A stretch of DNA of 64,000 nucleotides from Raillietiella orientalis (Eukaryota), in contig JAYWIR010000144.1 of the NCBI GenBank assembly GCA_036172245.1, positions 1 to 64,000 on the forward strand. The letters run 5' to 3'. The translations under genes were made by a program, and so were the position numbers. Within the stretch, counting starts at the first letter, position 1. Each line of letters begins with the position of its first letter. Shown piece by piece: positions 11,066-24,170 of this stretch. The notes below the pieces were generated by a model. It saw only the letters and a program-made list of their open reading frames with translations. It was not told the DNA's origin and did no database searches.

Positions 11066-14000
11066 TTTCAACCGCATTTTGCCGGGGCGTTTATTATAAA
11101 ACAAACATTTACAAAGACGTGCAGTGGCAGGACCATTGCTCAGCCACGCACGAAGAAACACAGAGTCTGCCGGGTCCCCGTTTCGCAGAACGGTACGGTC
11201 CATCACGGCAGCAGGGGGAAGGGGGAAAAATAACGAAAACAAAACAAACAAGAAAGGAAAAGTTGGGAGGATGAGGGAAGGGATCACAGTTGCTGGTTGG
11301 GCCGTTGCATCCTGTGCAGGATGCCGACAAGCTCCTTCTGTATTTCTGCATCCAGGTGGAGCCATAGGGATGCCGTCCTCAGAAACTGGGAGGCTGGCTC
11401 GATGGAACCCTGGTCGCGTTGTCCTCCCGCAGCCTTGCTCCAAGGGGTGACGATCCCGAGTAAGCAGCACACAGGTGCTAACGAGGCCGCTGGCCGAAGG
11501 GCGTCGGCAACGAAGAAAGCTTTCAGTGCGTTACTGGGGTTGCCGCAGGGGATTCCGATGTCCGCGGCAAAGCAGAACCAAAGGGGTTGAAGGGCAACAC
11601 AATTTACTAGGAGGTGGGGGAGGGACTCTCGTTCCTCGCACCTTACACAATTGGGATCCACGGCTCCCCAGGTCCAGTGGTGTCGACGAACGTTGCAATG
11701 GAGTACCCAGTGCGGCAAGAGGAGAGCAGACTACTGCCATTTTAAAAGGAAAGTGGAAGTGTTCATTAGCACCGGTGGCCACTTCAGACGTTCAATGGGA
11801 AAATCGAAAAGCGCGCCCAGCGCAGAAGTCCATTGCTAGGCGTGCTCGGAAACGCAGCGTCTGTTATGTGGCCCGCCTTTCACTCTCATATCTTCTTCTT
11901 TCCGGAGATTGTAACTGAAACCTCCCACTTCACCGCAACATCGCTGTCCAGATAACCATCAGGAAGGGCAGCGCAGCAGCGAGGGGGGTTCTTCCTACGC
12001 ACGCTCCCTTCCTTGGATCCTCCAGGATCCCGCGGAGCGTGCAACTTCTGTAACCCCCAAACAGGAACCTTCCTTCCTGTTGGGAGCGTTGCATGCCGAA
12101 CTGTCCCCACGTTCGAACGGTTTCCTGCAACCAGGCACTACCGTTCAAAGGACGACAGGTGAGCAATCCTGGGTTTTTCCGATACAGCGCAGCCACCCTC
12201 CGTAGCTGGAGTCCGCATCGGTTGACCCGGCGAAGGAGTGCAAGAAACGACGTCAGTCCCGTCTTGCTGGTGGCTTGCTGGAGAAGGAGACGTGCAGGGA
12301 CGCACCAATAGGTGCACCACAACTCTGGAACGAGTGCCGACAATCAGAACTGGAGCTGAAGCTCCAGCCGCTCCAGCGTCAGGAGGCCCAGACCACCATC
12401 CCGACGATGAGCGCACAAGTCCTTTAAGCGGACTGGAGCCCTCCTGTTGCCCCAAAGGGCGATACGGAGAAGGATCTTTGTCCGCATTTTAATTCTCTCT
12501 GTGGGGGGGCAAACAAAAAGCAGGAGGCGGAGGAGAGGAGCCGCGAACGTGTTCCAAACCGCAGCCCGTTCAGGCAGGAAAAACCTGCCGCCTCGGAACG
12601 AGCCAATCGCCTTCTCTACTTTTTGAAGGCAGCCGGACCACGCTTCCGCAAAGGAGTAGTTCCCCAACGGCACACCAAGGTACTTGAAGTACCTCACCGT
12701 GGGTATCCCCAAATGGACCCAGTCCTGCTGCCCTGCCCACGCCGCACCAACTGGCATCACGGACGACTTCGCCCTGTTCACCGTAAGTCCGGTTCCCCGA
12801 TGCAGGAGGTCGAAGAACTCCTCGACCGCCGCAGCCGGGGTGGACATAGGGAGCAGCAGCAGAAGGTCGTCCGCGTGCGCTGAAACGGCCGGCGTACCGG
12901 TACAGTCGTGCCGCAGGCGCGCCAGAGTTCCCTTATACGCTCTCAGTACCAACTCAAAGTAGGTACTGAAGAGAAGGAGGCTCAGGCTGTCTCCCTGCCG
13001 CATCCCACGCCGCGTCCGCACGCCGTGCACGGTCTGCCCGCTGAAAGAAACGTTGATGAGCGCGTCGCGCCAACAGAAACGCACATAGGCCACTAATGAG
13101 GCCGGGAAGCCCAAGCGTTGCAGAAGCACCAGAACGGGATTCTGGTCGACGCAATCGAATGCTTTCCGCAAGTCGATTGCGACCGCAAGGGCTCCCTCCT
13201 TCACTTGACCATCCAACCCCTTGCCGGCTCACGCACCGAAATTCCGGCTGCGCACCAAGCTCCTCTCATATTGGAACTCTAGCCAGGTGGAAGCGTGGAA
13301 GAAGTTCGCCTCCATGCTTCGCCCGGCAACAGCATATGTCTGTTGCAGGCTGATGAAGATGTTGCAACCGGTCTTAACCGCTCTGCTTAAAGCATAGCCA
13401 GCAACTGGGCGTCCGCATTTACTCTTCTGATGGGACGCAGGCTGTACACGCTCCTCAGATCTCCTCCCTTTGGGAGGAGACGCACCTTTGCCGAACGAAA
13501 CGAGGCGGGAACGTCACCTGTTTCGCGCGTCAGCAAGGTGAGTTGCTGTACCAGGGGGGTAAGCTCAGCCGCTAAAGTTTGGTAGAACTCCGCGAGCAGA
13601 CAGTCCTCCTTTGGAGCCTTGCGCCTCTTGAGCTTTCCGATGGCCGAGAGGATCTCGTCCATCGTGAAAGGCTCGTCGACGGTCTTTCTCTCCACCTCCC
13701 CGATCGGTGAAGCGCTTTCCAAAAGCGAGAGTCGTGAGACTTTCCTCTCCGTAGATGCCCTGGCGTACAGGGAGGAGTAGTAACTCCGCAGTAGGCAGCG
13801 GATTTGGGCGGGTGCCGAATGCTCCTTGCCCTCATCGTCCAGCAAGCTGGCCGATCCGCACTGCCAGCCTTGCCTTTAGGCTAACGCATTGTATTTCGTC
13901 AGCCTGCGGATGTCGGAGGTCCTGGCGTAACGACGGGCCTGTAGGTAGGCTCGTTCGTTACATACCCCGGTCCCAAAACCCGTAGGTAGGCGGTGCAGAG

Positions 14001-16629
14001 GGATTTCGTCGCAGAACTCCTGGACCGACCGCTTGAAGCGGTCCCAATCCTGGAGTGTCCTAAGCCTGAAGCTCCGTATGAACGTGCAGAGATGTTCCGC
14101 TGCTACCGGGAACTTCAGCGAGTCCCCTGGGAGATGTCACGCTGACGAGGGGGGGCCCCTGTCGCGCGGATGAATATCGAGGACTAGCGGGCGATGGACG
14201 GACAGCTCGCACGGTAAATTGCCGCGCCTGCCCACGCGAGGGCACAGGTGCTTGTCAAAGAACACGTGGTAAATGCTGTCTGCTATCCCCGGTTCACTGG
14301 CCAACAAATTACAGGTGTGCACCTCCGTGCACACCTCATTGTCCAGTTCACGCTCGGGATTCTGCTCATATGGTTTCAGGCGGACGTTGAAATCGCCTGC
14401 AACCAGATGGGCATTCCGCACTCCTGCTTCGGTCAGCCAGTCTCGCCAAAGGGCAAGGAAAAACTCTTTCCTCGCCCTCCTGGTCATCAGGTCCGCGCTG
14501 CTCGGTGCGTACACCTTCGTGACGATCAGATCGATCGAGTCGGACCACCTGAGAGTCAGCTGGCCGGCACGACCGTGATCTTCGAACCGCAGGCCCCGAG
14601 CCGCGGCCTCGACGGCTGGCCGAAGCAGCTAGGGGACATCGCAAATTTTCGCTGTCCCACACCTGTACCATTGTTGCCCTCCGGAGATCCGTTCGATCTC
14701 TTGCGCTTGTTCTGCAGAGATCACGTGGATCTCCTGCAGCAGCGCAAGGTCGTAGGACTCCAGAAGGGCGGCTATGTCTCGTCTCCTGCAGGCGTCTGTC
14801 ATGCCGTTCACGTTCCAAACGGCGATGCGCAGACGACGGCGAGAGGAGATTCCCAACATTACTGCTGGGAAGATTAAGGAGTGGGGGAGCCCTCCTCTTG
14901 AGAGTCGGGGGGGATTTCCTTGGGATTTTCGGCCTTCTCAGGCACCCGAGGCACCTGTTCGGCCTCCACCCCCTCCATCCCCTCCGTGTCCGCGCGTAAG
15001 AGTCTCTCGGGCGACGGGTCCCGAGAGTTTCCCACGCTCATGGCACCCTCGCTTGCGGAAGCCATCTCTTCCCCTTCGACGGGGGAGACGAGCTTCCTTG
15101 GCTTTGTGGACTTACGTCCAGACTTCTTGCGCGGTGCCGTGGAAACGGAGGCTGCGCTTCCGGCCTCCACCTCGGGATCGGAAGTGGGGGACTCCTGAGG
15201 GGAGGCCGGACGCCTTACGGCCTTCTTGCCAGCCTTGGAGGGTTCTGTCTGCAACGAGGCTGCCAGCTCCTCCGCAACTCGCGCGAAGGCTACGTCATCG
15301 ATGGTGGTGTTGATGACGGACGCCGCGGCCGGTTCGCTCCTCTCGCTGTTGACTGTGTCAACAGAGGATAGGTCGTCGGTAGCGGCGAGTTCTTTCCGGC
15401 AGCGTTCGGCAACATCGAAAACGCGTTCGAGAACGACGCTGCACTCTTAAATTATTGCGCTACCCTGCTCTTTCTTCTTCTGTTGGTAGGCGATTTTCTT
15501 TTCCATCCTCCTCTCCTTCTTTGATTTTTTGGCCGTTGCCACTTGCCTCCCAGTCTCCTTGCCGGCTCCCTCAACTTCTTCGGTGTTGGTCGATGGGGTC
15601 TCGGGTGCGGCCTGGGTCTTGGGCGCGGGTGGCGCAGCCTTCGCGGCAGCTTTCGCCGCCAGCCTTTTCTGCAGAAGCCGGGCGCGTTTTTTAAAGTTTC
15701 TCTTGGAAGCCACCCGCACTGCTGCTTTTGGGCACACCTCCCTCGTGTGGCTTATTGTGCCGCATACTTGGCACTCCACATTGGGACACCTCTTTTTGAG
15801 GTGGCCCGACGTATTGCAGAAGCCACAGTATTTCGGCTTCCCTGCATACCAGGGGTCGGCGGTTTCGCCTTCGACCACCAGTTTGTGGGGAAGAGTGCAG
15901 CCCTCTTGAACGTTCACGCGCGCAGCAGTGAGGCCGTGTTGCAGCCCCGTGTAGTCCTCCAAAGGACTTACTTTCGTCCACTGCGCGTGGACCGTTCCGA
16001 ACTGTTCCAAAGCGGCGCTAACCTGTTCTTTGCGCATTCGCGCGGTGACGCCTAACAGGTGGACCACCATGCTGCGGTCCGCCGTAGTGGGGAGGAGCCT
16101 GCGCGTTCCCATCACAACGGGGGTTTTAAGCAGTCGTTGGGCCAGCTCTGCATGTTAGCAGATGAGCTCAACGTACTGACTCCCGCTGCGGAAGGTCATA
16201 GCGCTGAGCTCCTCCTCTTTCACATCGAGAGCGCGCATGCCCTTCGAGAAGGCGCGCGCGCTCTCTTAAGAATATAAATTGCCTACCTTGTAGAACAATG
16301 AGGGGTTGTACCCCTTCTCTACGTAGGCCGACAATTCCGCCGCGGCTGCAGGCGATGGCGCCGACACAACGGCGCTCCACGCCCGCGCTGCAGCGGGGAC
16401 CGATTCTGTGGGGGCGGATGCCCCCACCTCCATCACCTCCGGGGGCGACGTTGCCGCCGCCCCCTGGCTCTCCATCGCCTCTGGGGGCGGCGTTGCCGCT
16501 GCCCTCTGGCCATCCCTGGTGGTCGCGTCAGGCATCGCTGCCTGATCGACCACCGTACCACACGACGCTTGCACTGGGGGAGACTTCCTGGCACGAGGAG
16601 CACCGAGAAAACACGTCCGCCCTAGAGCG
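11066..16629 (-). mobile_element. Near full-length two-ORF L1/Tx1-like element, decayed
   Basis: 5' motif at 16620; ORF1 (~16540-14860) with CGFCNTSGHLKKRC; ORF2 starts at 14859 (WNVNG, LLQEIH, AGDFN, DLRKAFD, RQGDSLS, HADD, KYLG, CVRCEERESLPH); 3' terminal motif at 11066-11095. Confidence 0.92.
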
Positions 16630-18832
16630 CGCAAGGCGTTTGACTGCGTAATTCAGAAGCTGCTCTTGGAGTTCATGAGACGCCTTTGGTTTCCAATGCA
16701 ACTGCTGTTGTATTTGCGCGCGTGCTGGCGCCATGGGCTAACCTGCATCACTTTCAGCAGCTCCCGTGTGTATGGCATTCTACTGCGTTGGTGCATCCGA
16801 TAGGGCGACAGGTTAAGCCCGTTGCTCTTCAGAATCTTCTTTGAGTTGGTACTTAGAGCATACAGGCTCTCGCTGTCTCACTTGCCAAGCACCTGCCCGT
16901 GAACGCTTGCCGTGGCCGATTACGCTAATGACCTGCTTCTTCTGCTCCCCATGTCCACTTCGGCGTCCAGTGTCGAGCATTTCTTCGACCTGATCTGTAG
17001 AAGAGCGGGCGTAAGCGTGTACAGAGAGAAGAGAGTGGTCCTTCCTGTGGGTACGTCGTGGGAGGGGCAGTCCGACTGGATCCGCATGGGGATCCCCACG
17101 GGCGCGTACTTTAAGTACCTTGGCGTTCCGTTGGGCGCTGTCAGCGAAGCCGACGCGTAAGCGGAATGTCTTCAGAAAGCAGAGTTGTCCATCAGCCCTT
17201 TCCTTAACGGCAAGTTTACCTCGCAGGAACGGGCGACTATTTGGAACACCTTTGTGGCCCCCCTCCACCGTTCCCTGTTTTTTGTTTCGGACCCCCCCTA
17301 TGCGGCAAAACAGCGGGCTAAACGCCTGCTCAGGAACGCCCTCTGGGGTCCGGCGAGATCCAGGATCTGTCTTAAAGATTTGGTTGCTCCGCGTCGGGAT
17401 GCTGGTTTGGGTATCCTGACAATGGAGCGACTCGGACTGCAGGTGCAGTTCCGACTGCTTGCACTGTGTGCCCAGCTATGGACATCCCCCTTGTGTGTGC
17501 CAGCCCGCATTCTCCTGCGGAGATGCGCCGGCAGCGGAGGATTTCTCTCGCTTTTGCCTTGCACTCAATACAGGAAGCGGAATTTTGGGTTTTCATGGCG
17601 ACAGTTGACCGCACTTCTGAAAGCTTACTCGTGGATCTCATGCCGCTCAATGAACTTTAAAGGTTGGCAGCAGGAGACTGTTGAATCCTTGGCGGCTTTC
17701 CAAGGAATATGCCCTGAAGATCTTCGCACCCTGCGTTACTTTTTTCCACGATCCTGGGAAGAAGTACTGAAGGACGAGGTGAAGTTTTCTACCCTGGCTG
17801 CCACGCCTCTTGCCGCAGCGCTGTCTGCCCTCAGGGCTAGAAACGACAGTTGCCAAGCGGCGAGGTGGGAGGTTTTCTGCACAATAGCAGGAAAAACCAA
17901 ACTCCTTGGCGCCTCGAAGACGAGTGAGTTGGCGGACGCCGCCATTCCTCGTTCTACTGCAAAGGGACGTCTCCGGTGGGCAGAAGAACTTGCTGTCACC
18001 CCCGAAGAACTTGTAGTCCATCCACAGTGTATTGACAGTTCGCTGCTCTCCCTTGCTTGGAAACCAGCCGTGCTGCTTTTCGTTCACTGGGTTTTCAGTG
18101 CAACGAGCGTTGGCATCTTGATTCCTGGGGTCTTGCGTCTGCGAACTGCGTTCGGTGCGGATCGACGGAGTCGATTTCGCACCTACTTCTTGACTGCGGT
18201 GTTCTACAAGGACTGTAACGTAGGCTGGCAACAGCACTAATGCATCCCGTGGACACCGCAAGATACTTGCTGCGACGATTCTTCACGCCGAGCGGGCTGA
18301 CACTAAGCGCAAGGATTGCAACCATCGGTTGCATACGCGCGATAATTTCCGTCCGCGAGGCGTTGGTAATTAACGGACAGCACCAAGAGCTAATCAGCAA
18401 AGCATCCTTCTACATTGGAGCATCCGCTAGATGGCCTCATTTGACAGAGGAGACAAAAAGGAATCTCGCCGCAATACACCGCCGGTTTACACACCCTCAG
18501 CAGCGATCAACCCGGTGATCATTGCCCTACCCTTCATAACCTAATTTTGTATTTTCTTTTTACACCCGTGTCCCCATAGTCTTCGGAATATTTCAGGTAC
18601 TCATCGTTTGAATCTACGTGAGTACGGAGCCTAACCAAAAACTTGTTACCCTTCCCTCCATTTTTGTATTTTTGTTTGTTTCCCCTCATTCCTTCCATGG
18701 TGCGAGCGGTTTGTTTACCAGGCCTTTGTGCCGGTAATTTTTCTATGTTCCCTGTCGTTCTGTTGGTTGGGGAGATTGTCCCTGACCAGTTTATTATTAT
18801 TAATAAACGCCCCGGCGTGACCGGGTGATAAA
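16630..18832 (+). mobile_element. ORF2 3' half (from the RKAFDC motif onward) and 3' end of a divergent subfamily
   Basis: Starts CGC AAG GCG TTT GAC TGC; YANDL, KYLGVP, DAGLG; ORF 17185..18240; terminus TAATAAACGCCCCGGCGTGACCGGGTGATAAA. Confidence 0.88.
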
Positions 18833-19178
18833 TTTAAATCTCCGCCTGCTAACAGGTGAGCCTGGAACGCGAAAGAACGCGATGAACGAGTTGTGCACCG
18901 CCATGCGTGCGTGCAGCTTTTTCGCAAGTGAGCGGGGAATGGTCCACAGCATCGTCTGGTCGATGCAGTGGACCTCGACACCGACCTTTGTTAGCGGGTC
19001 GGGAAACGGGGGAAGCTTGCGACGACGCTGTCGGACCATTCCCGGCTAATTTTCGTGATGCGGCCTTGCGACAAGACACCGCTATCTAGCAAATGGCGTC
19101 AGCCTGGGAACTGGACGCGAGTCTCAGGTGCGAAGGAGCACCTTCGCGAATTCCTCAAAGGTGTCACGCTCCAGAGCT
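18833..19178 (+). mobile_element. Endonuclease fragment
   Basis: NLRLLTGEP...NELCTAMRA; a diverged homologue of 5160-5495. Confidence 0.8.
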
Positions 19179-19179
19179 T

Positions 19180-19500
19180 GAATTGAAACCCGGTTCGCCG
19201 GAACGCTTATTTTCTAGGATAAACCTATACAAACTGTGACTAGACCAGTAGTCCAGCCACGACCTAGAAACCTTTAGCCTGCCAGACTACCATTGCGCAG
19301 ATCAAAGCGGTCGACCTTGGCAGCCGAGACGAGGGGGAACAAAACAAAAGTAAACAAAGAAATAAACAAATCTGGGGAAGGAACGGGAAGGGAACACTGT
19401 CTGCTGGGATCACTGTCCGTGATCCTGTGGAGTATGACGGCAAGCTGTTGCTGTATGGTGGATGTCAGATGGGACCATCGCATCGCCATCCTTAAAAAGC
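19180..19500 (-). mobile_element. ORF2 C-terminus and 3' UTR fragment
   Basis: WSHLTSTIQQQLAVILHRI matches the ORF2 C-termini of other copies (WPHL...LAxILxRM), followed by a T-rich UTR. Confidence 0.7.
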
Positions 19501-19504
19501 GGGC

Positions 19505-21301
19505 GACCCATGTCCGCCCCGGCAGCCGCAGTCGAGGATTTCTTCGACCTGCTGAGCCGTGAGACTGGACTGCAGGTAAACAAGGCGAAGTCGTCGGTGG
19601 TACCGGTGGGTGCGACGTGGGCTGTACGGCCTAACTGGATTCGCTTGAGAATCCCCACGGCCAAGTACCTGAAGTACCCGAGTGTCCCGTTGAAGGACTT
19701 TTGACTCGCAGAAGCCTGGTCAGGTCGTCTCCAAAAGGTAGAGTTGGCAATCAGCCCGTTGCTGGAAGGCAAGTTTCTTCTGCATTAACGGGCCGCGGTG
19801 TAAAGCGGTTCGCGGTTCCCATCCTTCACTTCCTGCTCTAAGTGTGCCCGGGCCCCGTGACTCAAAGAAGAAGACAAAAGACCTTCTCTGTATCGCCATC
19901 TGGGGCAGCGGGAGGCCTCGTGCGTCTCTTAAGGACATATGCACTATGCGTCGTGACGAAGATCTTGGCCCCCTGACGTTGGAGCGCCTGGACATACAGC
20001 TGCGATGGCGCACCCTCGCTATCGTAGCAAAGACATGGAACACCCTCTGGTGCGCTCCGGCCCGCATTCTCGACAGCCGTGTATCCAGAACGCCTGGACT
20101 CGCGTCTTTCCTTCTGTAACCCGGCCGACAGGTCAGGAGATGCGGCCTTTTCCTTGGACGCATCCAAGCTCTGGTGAGGGAAAACGGCTAGACATTATTC
20201 AGCGTTGCCCACTTTTTTGCATGGCTGGAGGAATCCGTTGCGACCTTGGCCAAGCTGAACAACCCAGGAACGGAAAATTGTAACCGCCTATGATTCGGCC
20301 CCAACGCCGGCTGCATCTAACGGAGCACTCTAGAGTGCCCCGTTAGGAGCACGTGGGCGGAGACCATCCCTTGAGCTTTGACGCAGCTCTTCCTACGGAG
20401 GGCTTTGACGAGCGCCTGGATGCCAAAGTGGCATGTCTCCTGCCGAATTGCAGGAAAGGATACAAGGATGAGCGGTTGGACCATGGGAGAACTGGAAGAC
20501 GCCACGACCCTTAGTGCCCTCCCGCGTGGACTTTTAAGATGGAATGAGCTGCACGGCATCCCGACAAATGACCTGATGTTCCCCCCAGTTCTCATCGGAT
20601 CCAGGCTACTCCCTCTAAATTGGCAAGAGACGGCGCTCCTGCTGTTGAACTGGGGTCTACCCTGCAACGCGCGCCGCTTCCATTGGACGCGGAGAAGTGT
20701 AAGGCCTGAGTGTGCCAAGTGCGGGAAGCTAGATTCACTCCTCTACCTCATATTGGATTGCGATGCCCTCGGACCCCTTTGGGGAAGGTTGAGGACGACC
20801 CTCGGACACCCTACGGGCAGTGCACCGAGAGACATTTTCCGCCTGCTCTTCGTGCGGAACGCCCTGCAGCCAGCAGCCGCCGTCGCGGTCCTGTGCTGCG
20901 TTCGAGGTATCGTGGCGCCTTGGAGCGATGCCATCAGCGAAGATGTAGATTAAAACGAGAGGGAAGTCATCCAGCACGCAGTACGCTTCTTCCGGAGAGC
21001 TGCTTGATGGCCCCATATTAGAAGTATGCAGACAGACCTCAAGGGCTTCCTTTGACGGATGAGCCCTCCTCACAGCGTCCGATGATCACTTTTCTGCCCT
21101 CCAAATTTTTTTTTTGCTTGTTCATCTCTTTGATTCTCTTTTATGTTTTTTCCTCCATCCCCTTCCGCTGTCGGGGAGTGCCACGCCGGGCTGCGTCCCG
21201 GTGTCCTGACAGGTCGCGTGTCTAAGGCCGCAGTGGGAACATATACTACGAATTATAAAGTGTTTTTTTTGAATAAACGCACCAAGCGTACCCGGTTGGT
21301 A
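19505..21301 (+). mobile_element. ORF2 3' part and 3' end
   Basis: MSAPAAAVEDFFDLL, KYLKYP, CAKCGKLDSLLYL; terminus AATAAACGCACCAAGCGTACCCGGTTG at 21272-21298. Confidence 0.85.
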
Positions 21302-23919
21302 ACACCAAACCAGGCAGGCAGGAGGTTCACAGGGAACTCGTCGCAAAACTCCCAGACCTAGCGCTTGAAGCGGTCCCAGTTCTCAAGCGTCTGCAAGCTG
21401 AAACCTCGTATGAATCCGAGGAGATGCTCCGCAACTTCCGGAAGTTTTAGCCAGTCCTTCGGTAAGCGCCACGCAGATGACGGATGACCTCTATCGCGTG
21501 TGGGCACCTCGAGTACGATCCGGTCATGGTCCGACATTTCCGACGGTAACTTGCCGCGCCTGCCCACGGGTGAGCGTAGGTGCTGTTCAAGAAACACGTG
21601 ATCTATGCTGTCGGCCATTTCCCTATCTCCCGCGAACAAGCTGCTCGTGTGCATCTCTGCGCAATGCTCGTTCAGGCGGTCCCGAGGTGTGTCGGACGCA
21701 CCTGAAAGCAGGCGCAGGTTAAAGTCAACTGCGATTTGGTGCGCTTTGCGCACTCCCGCTTCTTCCAGATATTCGCGCCTCAAAATAAGGAAAAAGTCTC
21801 TGCTTGCCTTTGTTTTTAGCGCATCGCTGCCGCTTGGTGCGTACAGGTTCGTAATGACTAGATCGATGGACTCGGACAGCCTCATGGTCAACTGCCCGAC
21901 GCGAACCGCACTATCGAACCGTACGCCGTTTGCCGCAGCCTTGACAGCTGGACGAAGCAGGAACGCGACATCGCAAGATGTAACGGTGCTGCAAGGCCAC
22001 AGCAGCCGTCCACCCGAAATATGCTCGATCTCCGCTGCTTGGTCTGCGGAGATCACGTGGATCTCTTGCAGCAGCACCAGGTCGAACGATCCCAGGGTGG
22101 AGGCCACGTCTCGTCTCTTGCCTTCGTCGCTTAGCCCGCTGACGTTCGAACAGGCAATTCGCAAACGGCGGCAAGAGGCGATTCCCGGCATTAATGCTGG
22201 GAACGTGTCGTTGCAGCACTTGTCAAGTGACAGGAGGGAGGGATGAGTAAGGGGACCGCGGCCATCTCAGGCACTTGAAGCACCTGGGGCACAGACTCTA
22301 CCCTTTCCCTCCCTCCGGGGTCGCAGCATGAGGTTACCTCTCTAGGAGAGTCCTTTGAGTTCTTCACTTTGTTCGCACGCTCGCTTCTCTCGACTATCTC
22401 TCCCTTTTTCACGGACAAGATAATTTTGCGGGTAGCCTTCTTCGTGCGAATGGCCTTCCAGCGGGAGGTTGCGATGTCGCAGGCTGTTTTCCGCTTCTGC
22501 GTCAGAGTTCGGAATCTTCGACTTTTTGATCGATTTCGGACGTCCTAAGGCCTTTTTCGCGGATTTGAGCGGATGCTGCAAGGACACAGCGAGATCCTCC
22601 GCCGCTCGCTCAAAAGCGACGTCGTGGAGCATGCGTTCGACGACGGACGCCACCGCCGGGTCGATATCCTCTGGCATTAATTTGGTGGAGGGCTGAGAGT
22701 CGGCAGCGACGAGGGCAATTTTGCCGCTCTGTTCGACCGCAGGAATGCGCTTGATGACGACAGAGCAGCGTTTGATCTTCTCGCGACGCGGCAAATACTC
22801 GCTGCGTTTCCCGACAATTTTTTTTGGTTCCTTGAGGCTTCTCTGCCTCTTGGATTTTACTACCTGCCATCCAGGTTCCTGGCCGTTCTCCTCGAGGTTG
22901 TCCGAGTTCTCCGGCATCTCAAAGCTGACCTCTACCTGGGGCACGATAGTTGTCTTTTTAGTGGTGGCTCTCTCTCGGGTTGCCTGAACTGTTAATTTTT
23001 TGGCCGCGCGCTTCTTCGCATTCCGTGTGGACGTGACGCGGACTTGTTTTTGCAAGCACACCAGAAGAGTGTACCGGGGTTGCTTGCATTGGTTGCACTG
23101 CAAGTGGGGACACCTTTTTTACAGGTGACCTCAAGTGCTGCAATGCCCGCAGAAATTTCGCTTACCAGCATACCAGATGTCAACGGGTTCGCCGTTGACC
23201 TCTAGTTTGTTAAGTAAGGAGCAACCCACGCGGACCGTGATTTGCGCGGAAGCTACACCGCAATTCAGCAGATCGTACTTCCAAAACGGAGTCGGCCTTT
23301 TCTACAACGCATGGAAGGTTCCAAATTGATTTTATTTCTTTCGGACAGCGTCTTTGTATATTTGGAATGTGATACCGAGGAGGTGGATCACGATAGATCC
23401 ATCTTCCATGATGGGGAGGAGCTGGCGATTCCCCAAAGAAACAGGTGTACGGAAAAGACGCTGGGCAAGACTTGCTTCTTTGCAAATCACCTCAACATAC
23501 TGTCCATTACTCCTAAAGGTCATCGCCAAGAGCTCTTCCTGGGGTACTTTGAGGGAGTGCATCGCTCTCGAGAAAGCGCGCGCACTCTGAAAGGAGTAAA
23601 GGTTCCTACTTCGTAGAGTAGAGGGGATTGTACCCCTCATCCAGGTAGGCTTTCAGCTCAGCCGCAGCCGCTTGCGTTGGCACCGCAGCTAAGGAAATCC
23701 AGCTTTTTCCTAACGAAGGAGATGCTTCTGTGGGGCGGTTGCTCCCACATCCATTGATTCAGGGGGCGACATAGACGTCACCACCTCCTTATCACAAATG
23801 GTGGTCTGAGACATTGCTGCATATTCACCACCGAATACGCTGGCACACCTAGAAAAAAAAATAAAAAATTAAATTACAAACGCTCACAAGGGAAACAAAA
23901 ACCCGTCCGCTCTCTCCCG
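21302..23919 (-). mobile_element. 5' end, ORF1 and endonuclease; truncated before RT
   Basis: 5' motif GCGGACGGGTTT at 23910; degenerate zinc knuckles near 23100-23150; ORF 21358..22191 with LLQEIH, NLYAP, DFN, IDHVF, SDH. Confidence 0.88.
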
Positions 23920-24170
23920 TGGACCGGGACATAATGAATAGTTCAGTCCGAGAGTTCTGCGACCAGTTCCCTTTGGGCCGTCTTTCCTCAGGTTCCGGAG
24001 AAGAAATCAGGAATGACTGCGCGTTCCTACACGTCCGTACTCATTCCAGGAATCCCGACTTCCAAAGCCTGGCGGAATATAAAGCTGATGCTGAAAGACA
24101 GGCCTTGCGATCCGGCTCTGCGAGCTTCCTGGACGCTCAAGGTCATGAGTGCTCAGCTGCAGCACAGGTT
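23920..24170 (+). mobile_element. EN-RT linker fragment
   Basis: SVREFCDQFPLGRL...SGSASFLDAQGHECSAAAQV. Confidence 0.75.

Noticed and set aside
18802..18832. 3' hairpin motif as a tRNA, snRNA or rRNA target fragment, or a hammerhead ribozyme
   Set aside because: It stays with the element UTR, varies in the loop, and I could not match it to a known RNA gene or ribozyme core by eye; an Rfam search would settle it.
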